The notes under the pieces were generated by a model. That model worked only from the letters and a program-made list of their open reading frames with translations. It did no database searches and had not been told where the DNA came from. Shown piece after piece: positions 1 to 8,382 of a DNA stretch of 10,664 bases. Every line of letters begins with the position of its first letter. Position 1 is the first letter of the stretch. A program made the translations under genes and the position numbers. Origin of the DNA: Candidatus Dadabacteria bacterium (GTDB lineage Bacteria > Desulfobacterota_D > UBA1144 > Nemesobacterales > CSP1-2); contig PSLL01000016.1 of NCBI GenBank assembly GCA_040289575.1, positions 1 through 10,664 of the forward strand, in the 5' to 3' direction.

Positions 1-67
1 TGATAATACTCGTCTTATACCCAATTCTTGCTCTTCACAAAACAACGGATCGGACAAAGACGTATTT

Positions 68-847
68 TTAGGAATCAGTTATATGCACCGTCTCTCTTTC
101 TTCTGCAATCCGATTTATTAAATTCGCTATGTAACCCGCTCCAAACCCATTATCTATATTTACAACCGACACACCTGGGGCGCATGAGTTTAGCATTCCC
201 AGAAGTGCAGAAAGTCCTTTGAAATTCGCACCATACCCTATGCTTGTCGGCACTGCGATTATCGGCTTAGAGAAAAGCCCCCCGACAACGCTAGGCAGAG
301 CCCCCTCCATACCTGCAACGACTACTATTACGGACGCCTTTTTAAAGCTCTCCGAGTTGCTAAACACCCTGTGGATCCCCGCCACACCAATATCATAAAT
401 CCTCTGTGTAAAACTACCCATCACCTCTGCCGTAACTGCTGCTTCTTCGGCAACAGGGATATCCGATGTCCCCGCTGAAACAACCAAAACATTGCCGATT
501 CGCCTATGGTCTTTAGGCAAAATATAAAAAGCCCTGGCGACCTCGTTATAAACACCTTCGGGAAACTCTTTTCTGAGCAGAACCGCCTTATAATGGGAGA
601 GCCTTGTTACAAGTACATTGCTCTCTTTTTCTCTCATAGCGCGGATAATCCGGGTAATTTTCTCTACATCCTTCCCTCGCCCAAAGACTACCTCCGGAAA
701 TCCCAATCTGAGTTCCCTATGGTGATCTATCTTTGAGTACCCTAGGTCCTCGTAGGGAAGCGTTTTTAGAACTCGAGCGGCTTCATCCACCGTAACGTTA
801 CCGGATTTTACGCTATTGAGAAGTTCCCTTAATCTCTTTTCGTCCAT
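68..847 (-). CDS. larB: Nickel-pincer cofactor biosynthesis protein LarB (PurE/AIR-carboxylase-like)
   Basis: 259 aa with LarB motifs DHHRELRLGFPEVVFGRGK, AGTSDIPVAEEA, DIGVAGIHR, VVAGMEGALPSVVGGL, PTSIGYGA and MLNSCAPGVSVVNIDNGFGAG. Confidence 0.95.
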   Translation of the reverse strand: MDEKRLRELLNSVKSGNVTVDEAARVLKTLPYEDLGYSKIDHHRELRLGFPEVVFGRGKDVEKITRIIRAMREKESNVLVTRLSHYKAVLLRKEFPEGVYNEVARAFYILPKDHRRIGNVLVVSAGTSDIPVAEEAAVTAEVMGSFTQRIYDIGVAGIHRVFSNSESFKKASVIVVVAGMEGALPSVVGGLFSKPIIAVPTSIGYGANFKGLSALLGMLNSCAPGVSVVNIDNGFGAGYIANLINRIAEERETVHITDS

Positions 848-858
848 CCTAGGAAATG

Positions 859-919
859 ATGTCTTATGCAGGATTTATGATACAAGATGTTTTTTGTCCC
901 GTATCGCGCATCATGAACC
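859..919. repeat. Degenerate inverted heptamer-repeat array, possible stem-loop
   Basis: AT recurs every 7 nt at 859, 866, 873, 880 and 887 (ATGTCTT ATGCAGG ATTTATG ATACAAG ATG). The opposite arm reads GTTCATG ATGCGCG ATACGGG on the minus strand. Confidence 0.4.
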
Positions 920-1345
920 TTAAAAAAACGAGGCAAGTATATCCGCTTCGCTAACCTTTGTGTCTTCAATGAAGGCTTCACCCCTCATCTTCCACATCTG
1001 GGCACGCCTCTTTAGGATCCAGACATTAAGCTTGACCTCCATACCAGGAAGAACGGGCTTTCTAAATTTTACATTCTCAAGCCCTACCAGAGCGGGTATC
1101 CTCTTGAATTCTGGGTCCGTGGCATATACCAAAATACCCCCCGCCTGAGCGAGGGCCTCAACTATTATGACTCCCGGAACAACGGGATTTCCAGGGAAAT
1201 GGCCTCTAAAAAACTCCTCTTGCGGCCTAAATCTCTTTATGGCAACGATTCTCTCCCCGGGCTCCATTTCAAGGACCCCGTCAATAAAAAGAAAAGGCTC
1301 CCGATGTGGAAGAAACCTTTTGATCTCCTCTTCATTCATTATCAT
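920..1345 (-). CDS. fabZ: 3-hydroxyacyl-ACP dehydratase FabZ
   Basis: 141 aa with LPHREPFLFID and the catalytic motif FFRGHFPGNPVVPGVIIVEALAQ, plus FRKPVLPG. The start could be 1345 or 1339. Confidence 0.96.
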   Translation of the reverse strand: MIMNEEEIKRFLPHREPFLFIDGVLEMEPGERIVAIKRFRPQEEFFRGHFPGNPVVPGVIIVEALAQAGGILVYATDPEFKRIPALVGLENVKFRKPVLPGMEVKLNVWILKRRAQMWKMRGEAFIEDTKVSEADILASFF

Positions 1346-1381
1346 GATTGATACCCAGTTCTGATGCGTATTGTTAAAATA

Positions 1382-1401
1382 ATCAAAGAGAACACAGAAA
1401 A
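1382..1401 (-). repeat. Dispersed 20-bp repeat, copy 1 (TTTTCTGTGTTCTCTTTGAT on the minus strand)
   Basis: 18/20 identical to 8606-8625 on the plus strand. Both copies are intergenic. Confidence 0.55.
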
Positions 1402-1457
1402 CCCATTTGGGCTATCGGTAACTCGGCTAAATACATCTCCAATCCGTTCAGACACGG

Positions 1458-2000
1458 CTATTTCTTTGAGCTTCCGGAGCCTCCTTTCTTGGCATCATAG
1501 GCCTGTATAATCTTGTCCGTTAAGTCCGCGTCCTTTGAGGCATATATAACCCCGCCCTCGGTTTTCTCAACTATTAATGTATATCCCCCGGAATCCCCTA
1601 TCTGCTGAACTACGCTCTCAAGCTCAGTCAGTATTCTCTGTGTAAGCTCAAAGTCACGCTTCTGAAGCTCGTCACGGAAGTCATCGCGCGTTCTATTGAG
1701 GTCCTTTTCCATCTTATCAAGCTCCTCGACCTTCTGCTTCCTCGCACCCTCGTCCATAACGGGAGCCTTAGATATAAAGTCCTGTTTCATACGGTTGAGC
1801 TCAGCGGTTCTCTGCTCAATTATCCTTCTTTTGTCCTGAAACTCCTTTTCAAAAGCGGCTTTAGCAGACTTGCCAGCCTGAGAGTCTCTTATAACGCGCT
1901 GAAGGTCTACATAGCCGATCTTCGCCGTCACTGATTGGGCATACGAAAGCCCTGAGGCTCCGATTATCAAGCCCATTAGCGTTAACAAAACGATCTTCAT
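1458..2000 (-). CDS. skp: Periplasmic chaperone Skp/OmpH
   Basis: 180 aa with a signal peptide, KIGYVDLQRV N-terminal motif, long coiled-coil region and GYTLIVEK...VIYA...DLTDKII C-terminus. It lies directly downstream of bamA. Confidence 0.95.
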   Translation of the reverse strand: MKIVLLTLMGLIIGASGLSYAQSVTAKIGYVDLQRVIRDSQAGKSAKAAFEKEFQDKRRIIEQRTAELNRMKQDFISKAPVMDEGARKQKVEELDKMEKDLNRTRDDFRDELQKRDFELTQRILTELESVVQQIGDSGGYTLIVEKTEGGVIYASKDADLTDKIIQAYDAKKGGSGSSKK

Positions 2001-2006
2001 TTCTTG

Positions 2007-2013
2007 CCTCCTT
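2007..2013 (-). promoter_or_regulatory. Shine-Dalgarno site of skp
   Basis: AAGGAGG on the minus strand, 6 nt before the ATG at 2000. Confidence 0.8.
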
Positions 2014-2021
2014 AAAAATAA

Positions 2022-4310
2022 TTAATATAAAGTTCCTATGGTAAATTGTAATTGATACCGACCTTCCCCTGGAAGCCTAGTTCCTATTGGGAACCCTACC
2101 TCAAGTCTAAGCGGTCCCAGGGGAGAGAGCCATCTTATTCCGACTCCAAAGTCCTTTCTGAGGTCGCGAGGATTCAAGCTGAGTTTCTGATTATCATTAA
2201 AAACATTTCCAATATCGAAGAATACAACCCCTTTAAAACCCACCTGAGGTATAAGTGGAAATATATATTCAGCCGTACCAACGACCTTCTGTGTCCCACC
2301 TATGACTACAAAATCCCCGTTATCAGCTGGGACGCGGGGACCCACTTGCCTAAATGGAAACCCCCGTAAATCGTCAGGCCCCCCCAGGAAAAACCTCTCA
2401 GAAACAACAAGGTCATTTCCAGTATTTCTGAGATTAATCAATCCGTACTGCCCCGCAACTGAGAACACAGTTTTAAAGGGAAGCGGAAAGAAAAACCTCG
2501 TTGATGCCGTGTATCTTGTAAAATCTGTATTGCCGCCAAAAGGACCGGCAAACTCGATATTGGCTCTGCTTATGTTGCCACTTGACGGGTCCAATATATT
2601 ATTTCTAGAATCCCATATAAGACCAAACCCAACACTGCTTATATTTCTAGCGGATTCCGTGACTAGGAGCAAGGCCTTCCCGGATACATTACTTACATTT
2701 TCGTGCTCAAACCTATAAAAAACCCTGCCGCTTAAATCGCTTATAAGGTGTCGACCAAGGGCTAAACTGCCCCCAAATGTGTTCGTAGTGAAATCTAGGA
2801 ACTTCCTCTGTGTGTAGAATCCAAGAGCCTCAAGCGTAAATTGGCTATCTAGAAGATGAGGGTCCTGATAATCTATTATACCAAGCCTTGTAACACCACC
2901 TATTTGTGCAGAAAGGGACAGCGTTTTCCCGAGTCCAAAGAGGTTTGACTCCTGGATTTGACCAGCAAAAATAAAGGTCTCAACAGAGCTAAATCCTCCC
3001 GCTATACTGAAGAACCCCGTGGGTTTTTCCTTTAATTTAACATCTACATCAAGCTGATCATCTGTGCCGGGAACGCGGTTTGTGGTAACCTCTATGTTAT
3101 CTTCAAAGTACCCGAGCCTAAAGATGCGGGGTCTTATCTGTTGAATCCTCGTTGCATTATAGAGCTGTTGCTCCTGTATAGGGATCTCTCTTCTTATCAC
3201 CTTATCACGGGTCCTTATGTTTCCCACTATATCTATGTTTCTTATGTGTACCTCTTTTGCCTTCTCAATATCGTAGGTTATATTGACAATAAGATTCTCC
3301 CTATCTATTTTGAAATCAGGAGAGACATTTGCAAAGGCGTATCCTTTGTCACCGTAGAATGTGGTGAGTTTTGAAATGTCCCCTGCAAGAAGACTTCGGC
3401 TAAACGGCTTGCCAGTTTTAAGTGCAAATAGTTTTATCAACTCCCCTTCGGGGCTAATTAAATCGCCTTTGAGCTTAATATCACCAACCTTGTACTGACT
3501 ACCCTCTTCAATCCTGTATGTAACAACAAATCCCCCTTTTTTCTCACTGTATTCGATTTCGGGTTTGCTCACCTTTGCGTCTATGTACCCATTATCGAGA
3601 TAAAGGTCTCTGATTCTCTCCGAGTCCCTTTCCAGCTCCTCCTGCTTATAGAGACCCCTACTCGTAATAAAGGTGAGAAACCACTTGGGTTTTACCGCTA
3701 AAACACTCTTTATCTTCTTCGTGCTCAGGGCCTTATTCCCTATAAATACCAACTCTTTTACATAAGCCTTCTTTCCTTCTTTTATTTCAAAAGTAACGCC
3801 GACTGTATCTTCTCCTTTCGGTTCAATCTCATAGTTTACTTCAGCCGCGACAAAGCCCTTATCCAGGTATAGTTTTTTTATAGCCGCCGCGCTCATCTTT
3901 ACCTTCTCAAGCTCTATTATCTTCCCTTCCTTTACCTCTATAACCTTTGTAATGTCCTTGCTCTTTATCTTTTTGTTTCCCTTTACCCTTACGTCAACAA
4001 CAACCGGTTTTTCCTTGACATTATAGATAAGCACCAACCCTTCAGGTGTTCTTTCTACCTCGGCAGATACATCCTCAAAAAACCCGAGTTTATATATACT
4101 CTTTATGTCTCTCCTCACAGTCTCAGCTGAAAGCGGCTCGCCTACCTTTGAGGATATATTAATTCTAACAAGCTCGGTTTCGACTCTTCTATTTCCCTTG
4201 ATCTCAATTTTTATAACGTTGTCTTCTCCAAATACGAGGCTTGAAAAGAAGGATGTTAAAAACAAAGCAACAACGGTCTGGAGCAATATACGCGAGATAT
4301 TAATTTTCAT
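2022..4310 (-). CDS. bamA: Outer-membrane protein assembly factor BamA (Omp85)
   Basis: 762 aa with a signal peptide and POTRA-type repeats (IEIKGNRRV, VRVKGNKKI, VFIGNKAL, IDIVGNIRTRDKVIRRE). The barrel has FFLGGPDDLRGF, GVGIRWLSPLGPLRL and C-terminal QFTIGTLY. The start overlaps the lolD end by 11 bp. Confidence 0.97.
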   Translation of the reverse strand: MKINISRILLQTVVALFLTSFFSSLVFGEDNVIKIEIKGNRRVETELVRINISSKVGEPLSAETVRRDIKSIYKLGFFEDVSAEVERTPEGLVLIYNVKEKPVVVDVRVKGNKKIKSKDITKVIEVKEGKIIELEKVKMSAAAIKKLYLDKGFVAAEVNYEIEPKGEDTVGVTFEIKEGKKAYVKELVFIGNKALSTKKIKSVLAVKPKWFLTFITSRGLYKQEELERDSERIRDLYLDNGYIDAKVSKPEIEYSEKKGGFVVTYRIEEGSQYKVGDIKLKGDLISPEGELIKLFALKTGKPFSRSLLAGDISKLTTFYGDKGYAFANVSPDFKIDRENLIVNITYDIEKAKEVHIRNIDIVGNIRTRDKVIRREIPIQEQQLYNATRIQQIRPRIFRLGYFEDNIEVTTNRVPGTDDQLDVDVKLKEKPTGFFSIAGGFSSVETFIFAGQIQESNLFGLGKTLSLSAQIGGVTRLGIIDYQDPHLLDSQFTLEALGFYTQRKFLDFTTNTFGGSLALGRHLISDLSGRVFYRFEHENVSNVSGKALLLVTESARNISSVGFGLIWDSRNNILDPSSGNISRANIEFAGPFGGNTDFTRYTASTRFFFPLPFKTVFSVAGQYGLINLRNTGNDLVVSERFFLGGPDDLRGFPFRQVGPRVPADNGDFVVIGGTQKVVGTAEYIFPLIPQVGFKGVVFFDIGNVFNDNQKLSLNPRDLRKDFGVGIRWLSPLGPLRLEVGFPIGTRLPGEGRYQLQFTIGTLY

Positions 4311-4983
4311 CTACTATTTTTCCATCCGAGAGTCTGATTCTCCTACCAAGCCGCTCAGCCACCGCCGGATTATGTGTAACTAAAACCAATGTAATCTGCT
4401 CTTCCCAGTTGAGATTGAGAAATAAATCCATGACCGATTTCCCGGTTTCCAAATCCAGATTTCCTGTAGGTTCATCCGCTAAGATCACGCTGGGCTTGAG
4501 TATTACTGCCCTTGCAATTGCAACCCTCTGCTGCTCTCCCCCCGAAAGCTCTCCGGGCCTGTGATGAAGTCTATCCTTAAGCCCCACCCTTTCAAGAATA
4601 TCCATAGCCAGATCTCTTGCCTCCTTTATCCCCATCCTCTGGATTAAAAGAGGCATCATCACATTCTCAAGGGCGCTAAACTCCGAAAGCAGGTAATGAA
4701 ACTGAAAAACAAACCCTATCTCCCGATTTCTAAATGTCGCAAGCTCATCATCGCTTCGGTGAAATACATTCTCTCCGGAGTAGAGTACCTCGCCGCTTGT
4801 CGGGCGCTCGAGGGTTCCAATTATATGGAGAAGTGTGCTTTTGCCCGACCCCGACATACCCACTATACCTACGGTCTCGCCTTTTTTAATCACAAGATCA
4901 ATCCCCTTTAGTGCAGCTATCCCGCTGCCATCTGTCTCAAATACCTTCGAGAGACTCCTTACCTCAATAACCCCTTCACTCAT
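4300..4983 (-). CDS. lolD: Lipoprotein-releasing ABC transporter ATP-binding subunit LolD
   Basis: 227 aa with Walker A GMSGSGKST, IGFVFQFHYLL, signature LSGGEQQRVAIARA, Walker B ILADEPTGNLD and H-loop VTHN. It overlaps the permease gene by 8 bp. Confidence 0.93.
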   Translation of the reverse strand: MSEGVIEVRSLSKVFETDGSGIAALKGIDLVIKKGETVGIVGMSGSGKSTLLHIIGTLERPTSGEVLYSGENVFHRSDDELATFRNREIGFVFQFHYLLSEFSALENVMMPLLIQRMGIKEARDLAMDILERVGLKDRLHHRPGELSGGEQQRVAIARAVILKPSVILADEPTGNLDLETGKSVMDLFLNLNWEEQITLVLVTHNPAVAERLGRRIRLSDGKIVDEN

Positions 4984-6280
4984 ACCTCAGTGCCTCTACC
5001 GGGTCTTTGCGCGACGCCTGATAAGACGGATACAATGTTGCCAAAAAACACACAATCAGGCTAAATGCAGCCACTCCTATAAAATAGAGCGGTTCAATTT
5101 TAACTGGAAACTCGGAAACAAAATAGACCTCCGGGTCAAATGGAATAAGATGCCTTACTGTATCAGATGTCTTCACTAAGTAGCAAATTCCATATCCGGC
5201 AAATGTTCCAAGTAGGGTTCCAACGAGTCCTATAACCATCCCATCGGTTATAAATATCCTCATAATCCCTCTTTTTGTTGCTCCCATTGCACGGAGTATT
5301 GCAATATCTCTTCCCTTTTCCATCACAACCATTGTAAGGGTACTTACAATGTCAAGTGCAGCAACGAGTATTATAAGGGCAAGAAAGATCGCAATTGCAA
5401 TCCTTTCAAGGCGAAGCGCCCGAAATAGGCTCTTATTTACATCCTCCCAGTTTCTTACGTAAAACGGAAACCCGAGCTTATCCGTAATCTCGTTGCCAAT
5501 CTGCTTTGCCTTATATACGTCTCTGACTTTGGCTTCAATCCCAGTAACCTTCCCATCCATATCAAAGAAATCCATCGCATCTTTCAGGGATACATAGGCA
5601 GTTGAGGAGTCATATTCAACCATTCCGTAATCAAAAAGCCCTACAACCTCAAACCTCTTTATCTTTGCCTGTGGACCAAACGGACCAACCTTGCCAAATG
5701 GAGATACGAGATTCACTTGATCTCCGACGGAAACCCCGAGATTTGCGGCAAGCTCACGCCCTATTATTAAAGGGGGCTTTCCCGGCTTGGTGCTTTCACC
5801 GAGCTTTGCTATCAGTTCATGCCCGATTTTTCTCAGTTCCTCGTCTTTAATCTCTTCCTTTTTCCCTCTTCCAATGGTACCCCTTCCCAGAGCCTCCTCT
5901 ATGTTTGTGACACCCCCCGCATTCTGGGGGTCAATTCCCCTTATGACCGCACCTATGACGTTGGTTTCGCCAACGAGCATACCCTGACCATATATAAATG
6001 GGCTAGTTCCAACCACACCTGGGAAACTCGCGACCTCTGCCCTTATTTTATCATAGTCTTTTATAGGACCGTCGTAACTCAGCACCACAAGATGGGAGTT
6101 TACACCCAGGATCTTGTCCTTGAGTTCCTCTTCAAACCCCCTCATTACGGCAAGAACGACGTTTAATGCCATAACACCCATAAATACGCCCAGAATAGAT
6201 ATAAGCCCTATGATTGATATAAACGTCTGTCTTCTTTTCGATCTCAGATACCTGAGTCCTATAAAAAATTCGTATTTCAT
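4976..6280 (-). CDS. lolE: Lipoprotein-releasing ABC transporter permease, LolC/LolE family (single copy here, LolF-like)
   Basis: 434 aa with [35 protein letters not shown] and [16 protein letters not shown]. It ends [21 protein letters not shown] and shares an ATGA overlap with the lysS stop. Confidence 0.92.
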   Translation of the reverse strand: MKYEFFIGLRYLRSKRRQTFISIIGLISILGVFMGVMALNVVLAVMRGFEEELKDKILGVNSHLVVLSYDGPIKDYDKIRAEVASFPGVVGTSPFIYGQGMLVGETNVIGAVIRGIDPQNAGGVTNIEEALGRGTIGRGKKEEIKDEELRKIGHELIAKLGESTKPGKPPLIIGRELAANLGVSVGDQVNLVSPFGKVGPFGPQAKIKRFEVVGLFDYGMVEYDSSTAYVSLKDAMDFFDMDGKVTGIEAKVRDVYKAKQIGNEITDKLGFPFYVRNWEDVNKSLFRALRLERIAIAIFLALIILVAALDIVSTLTMVVMEKGRDIAILRAMGATKRGIMRIFITDGMVIGLVGTLLGTFAGYGICYLVKTSDTVRHLIPFDPEVYFVSEFPVKIEPLYFIGVAAFSLIVCFLATLYPSYQASRKDPVEALRYE

Positions 6281-7740
6281 TCGGGTCTAAGGTGTGGAAA
6301 GAATATTACTTCCCTTATAGAAGGAGAATTTGTAAGGAGCATAACAAGGCGGTCAATCCCAACTCCAGCCCCTGCGGTAGGGGGCATTCCGTATTCAAGC
6401 GCAGATATAAAATCCTCATACATCTCGTGGACCTCATCCTCGCCCCTGGATTTAAGGTCAATCTGTCTGAGAAATCTCTCTTTCTGGTCAATCGGGTCGT
6501 TAAGCTCGGAAAATGCATTTGCAACCTCCCGCCCGGCTATATAGAGTTCAAATCTATCTGCAACCTCAGGGTTCGAGTTGTTTCTCCTCGCAAGGGGGGA
6601 TACGTCAAGCGGAAATCCAAAAACAAATGTCGGACTGACAATCTCCAGACCAATCAATCGCTCAAATATCTCGATTATTGCCTTTCCTCTGATTCCCTTA
6701 TGATCAATGCCCAAAGATGCGGCCCTTTTAAAGAGCGCCTCATCGTTATTTAAGACCTCATCGCCGATTACACTTTTTAGGGACTCGATAATGCTAATTC
6801 TCTTCCAAGGACGCATCATGTTTATAGTCGTATTTTGATATGTAAATTCAAGTGTGCCGAGAACGCCTTGAGTAACAAAGCATATAAGCTCTTCGATTAA
6901 GTCCATCAAGTCCTCATAAGTAGCATAGGCTTGATAAAGTTCAAGCATTGTAAACTCCGGATTATGCTGAGTGGATATTCCCTCATTTCTAAAATTCCTT
7001 CCGATTTCATAAACCCTCTCAATCCCGCCGACTACAAGCCTTTTTAGATAGAGCTCAGGAGCAATCCTTAAGAAGAGCTCCATATCGAGTGCATTGTGAT
7101 AGGTCTTAAAAGGCTTTGCCGCAGCCCCACCCGCGATCGGATGTAGAACCGGTGTTTCTACCTCAATAAAGCCCCTCTCATCAAGGAACTGCCTTATGAG
7201 CTTTATGACCTTTGTTCTTTTAAGAAAAACCCCTCTTACCTCAGGGTTTGAGATTAAGTCCAGATAACGCTGCCTGAATCTGGTCTCTACGTCCTTTAGT
7301 CCGTGCCATTTCTCAGGTAGTGGGCGCATGGCCTTGGTAAGGAGTTTAAAGTCCCTTACATTCACTGTAAGCTCGCCGGTTTTTGTCTTAAATAGCTCGC
7401 CTCTAATCCCTATGAAATCCCCAATATCAATAAATCTCTTAAAAAGCCTCAAACTCTCATCACCCACAACGTCCCTACGTATATACCCCTGAATCTTTCC
7501 TGTTCTATCCATGATATGGAAAAACACGCTTTTCCCAAAATCCCTAAGGGCTATAACCCGCCCAGCAAATGAGAACTCCTGTGATAGATTTTTCAGTTCT
7601 TCCTCAGACAGGTTTCCATAAGAAGATAAAACCGTCTCGGATTCGTGAAGAGGCTTAAAATCATTTGGAAACGGGTCTATACCTACACTCCTTAGTTCGT
7701 CTATCTTCTCCTTTCTCTGTTCTATGAGTTCGTTTTCCAT
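6277..7740 (-). CDS. lysS: Lysine--tRNA ligase (class II)
   Basis: 487 aa with an OB-fold anticodon domain, [30 protein letters not shown], motif 2 [18 protein letters not shown] and motif 3 [16 protein letters not shown]. Confidence 0.98.
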   Translation of the reverse strand: MENELIEQRKEKIDELRSVGIDPFPNDFKPLHESETVLSSYGNLSEEELKNLSQEFSFAGRVIALRDFGKSVFFHIMDRTGKIQGYIRRDVVGDESLRLFKRFIDIGDFIGIRGELFKTKTGELTVNVRDFKLLTKAMRPLPEKWHGLKDVETRFRQRYLDLISNPEVRGVFLKRTKVIKLIRQFLDERGFIEVETPVLHPIAGGAAAKPFKTYHNALDMELFLRIAPELYLKRLVVGGIERVYEIGRNFRNEGISTQHNPEFTMLELYQAYATYEDLMDLIEELICFVTQGVLGTLEFTYQNTTINMMRPWKRISIIESLKSVIGDEVLNNDEALFKRAASLGIDHKGIRGKAIIEIFERLIGLEIVSPTFVFGFPLDVSPLARRNNSNPEVADRFELYIAGREVANAFSELNDPIDQKERFLRQIDLKSRGEDEVHEMYEDFISALEYGMPPTAGAGVGIDRLVMLLTNSPSIREVIFFPHLRPE

Positions 7741-7821
7741 AGTTTGTATTTGCTCTACCTAAAAAGGAGAAATTGTCATGGATTGGAAAGGCCCCTTACC
7801 ACGGAGGATTGTGCAGGCAGG

Positions 7822-8244
7822 CTATAATCTCTTATCATCATCAAGAATTATATACGTTGCGGTCGCTTTTGCAATAAGCCTTTCTTTATTTGAAATATCT
7901 ATATCGACCGGGATTATCCTTTTTCCTTTCCTTATAATTCTCGCCTCAGCTTCCATTATGCCGTCTTTGACAGGAAGTAGAAAATTTATTTTCATCTCTA
8001 TTGTGACGAATTTCCTCTCAGGCTCAACCACCGATCCGATCGCAACGGCAGCAGCAGAATCGGCAATGGAGAAGAGCGCTCCACCGTGAATCAGACCGTA
8101 AGGTTGAGTGAGCCTCTCATCAAAAGGCATCACAAGCTTCGCATACCCCTCACCCATTTCGGTGACTTCTATCCCCAGCAGTTTCCAAAAAGGCGGCGGT
8201 GGAAATGGCATTTTAATTTCTTTTCTACGATACAAGTCAGCCAT
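7822..8244 (-). CDS. PaaI-family hotdog-fold thioesterase
   Basis: 140 aa with PFWKLLGI, GLIHGGALFSIADSA and VTIEMKINFLLP. SD GGAGA (8251-8255) lies 6 nt before the ATG. Confidence 0.9.
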   Translation of the reverse strand: MADLYRRKEIKMPFPPPPFWKLLGIEVTEMGEGYAKLVMPFDERLTQPYGLIHGGALFSIADSAAAVAIGSVVEPERKFVTIEMKINFLLPVKDGIMEAEARIIRKGKRIIPVDIDISNKERLIAKATATYIILDDDKRL

Positions 8245-8274
8245 GAGTTATCTCCGTTGTAGAATTTAAAACTC

Positions 8275-8283
8275 ATTATACCA
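8275..8283 (-). promoter_or_regulatory. Extended -10 sigma70-type promoter for the thioesterase, possibly also the lysS-lol-bam operon
   Basis: The minus strand reads TGGTATAAT (TGn plus a perfect TATAAT), about 30 nt upstream of the ATG at 8244. There is no convincing -35. Confidence 0.6.
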
Positions 8284-8326
8284 GATAAACACCCGATAAC
8301 CTCACCTCTCCGAGCCCATAAGTTTA

Positions 8327-8354
8327 AACAAAGCGCTGGACGCTGGCGTTAGGC
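8327..8354 (+). other. Collapsed attC-like remnant ending in core site R' (GTTAGGC, 8348-8354)
   Basis: AACAAAGCGCTGGACGCTGGCGTTAGGC. AAC/GTT and AGCG/CGCT are complementary, and it ends in GTTRRRY. It is too short for a functional attC. Confidence 0.55.
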
Positions 8355-8382
8355 AGAAAAAATGATACAATACAAATGTGAA

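Noticed and set aside
5..66. Weak inverted repeat (AATACTCGTCTT / AAGACGTATT) downstream of larB as a terminator
   Set aside because: The arms are imperfect and about 40 nt apart, with no compact GC stem and U-tract.
1346..1457. Possible lpxD remnant or small RNA in the skp-fabZ spacer
   Set aside because: I could not recognise hexapeptide-repeat coding traces or a stable known RNA fold.
6405..6430. LysS has MYEDF where MDEDF is typical
   Set aside because: It is a single substitution outside the core motifs, which are intact.
28..6753. Alternative-frame and antisense ORFs of 62-153 aa overlapping larB, fabZ, bamA, lolD, lolE and lysS
   Set aside because: They lie within or largely over well-conserved genes and have no recognisable motifs, so they are shadow ORFs.
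7811..7821. GTGCAGGCAGG resembling half of a CCTGCCTGC-type palindromic repeat
   Set aside because: Only one arm is present and it is too short to support a call.
8322..8354. Possible attI site (AAACAAAG resembles attI1)
   Set aside because: AAACAAAG is not contiguous with the GTT core, there is no adjacent intI, and a collapsed attC fits better.
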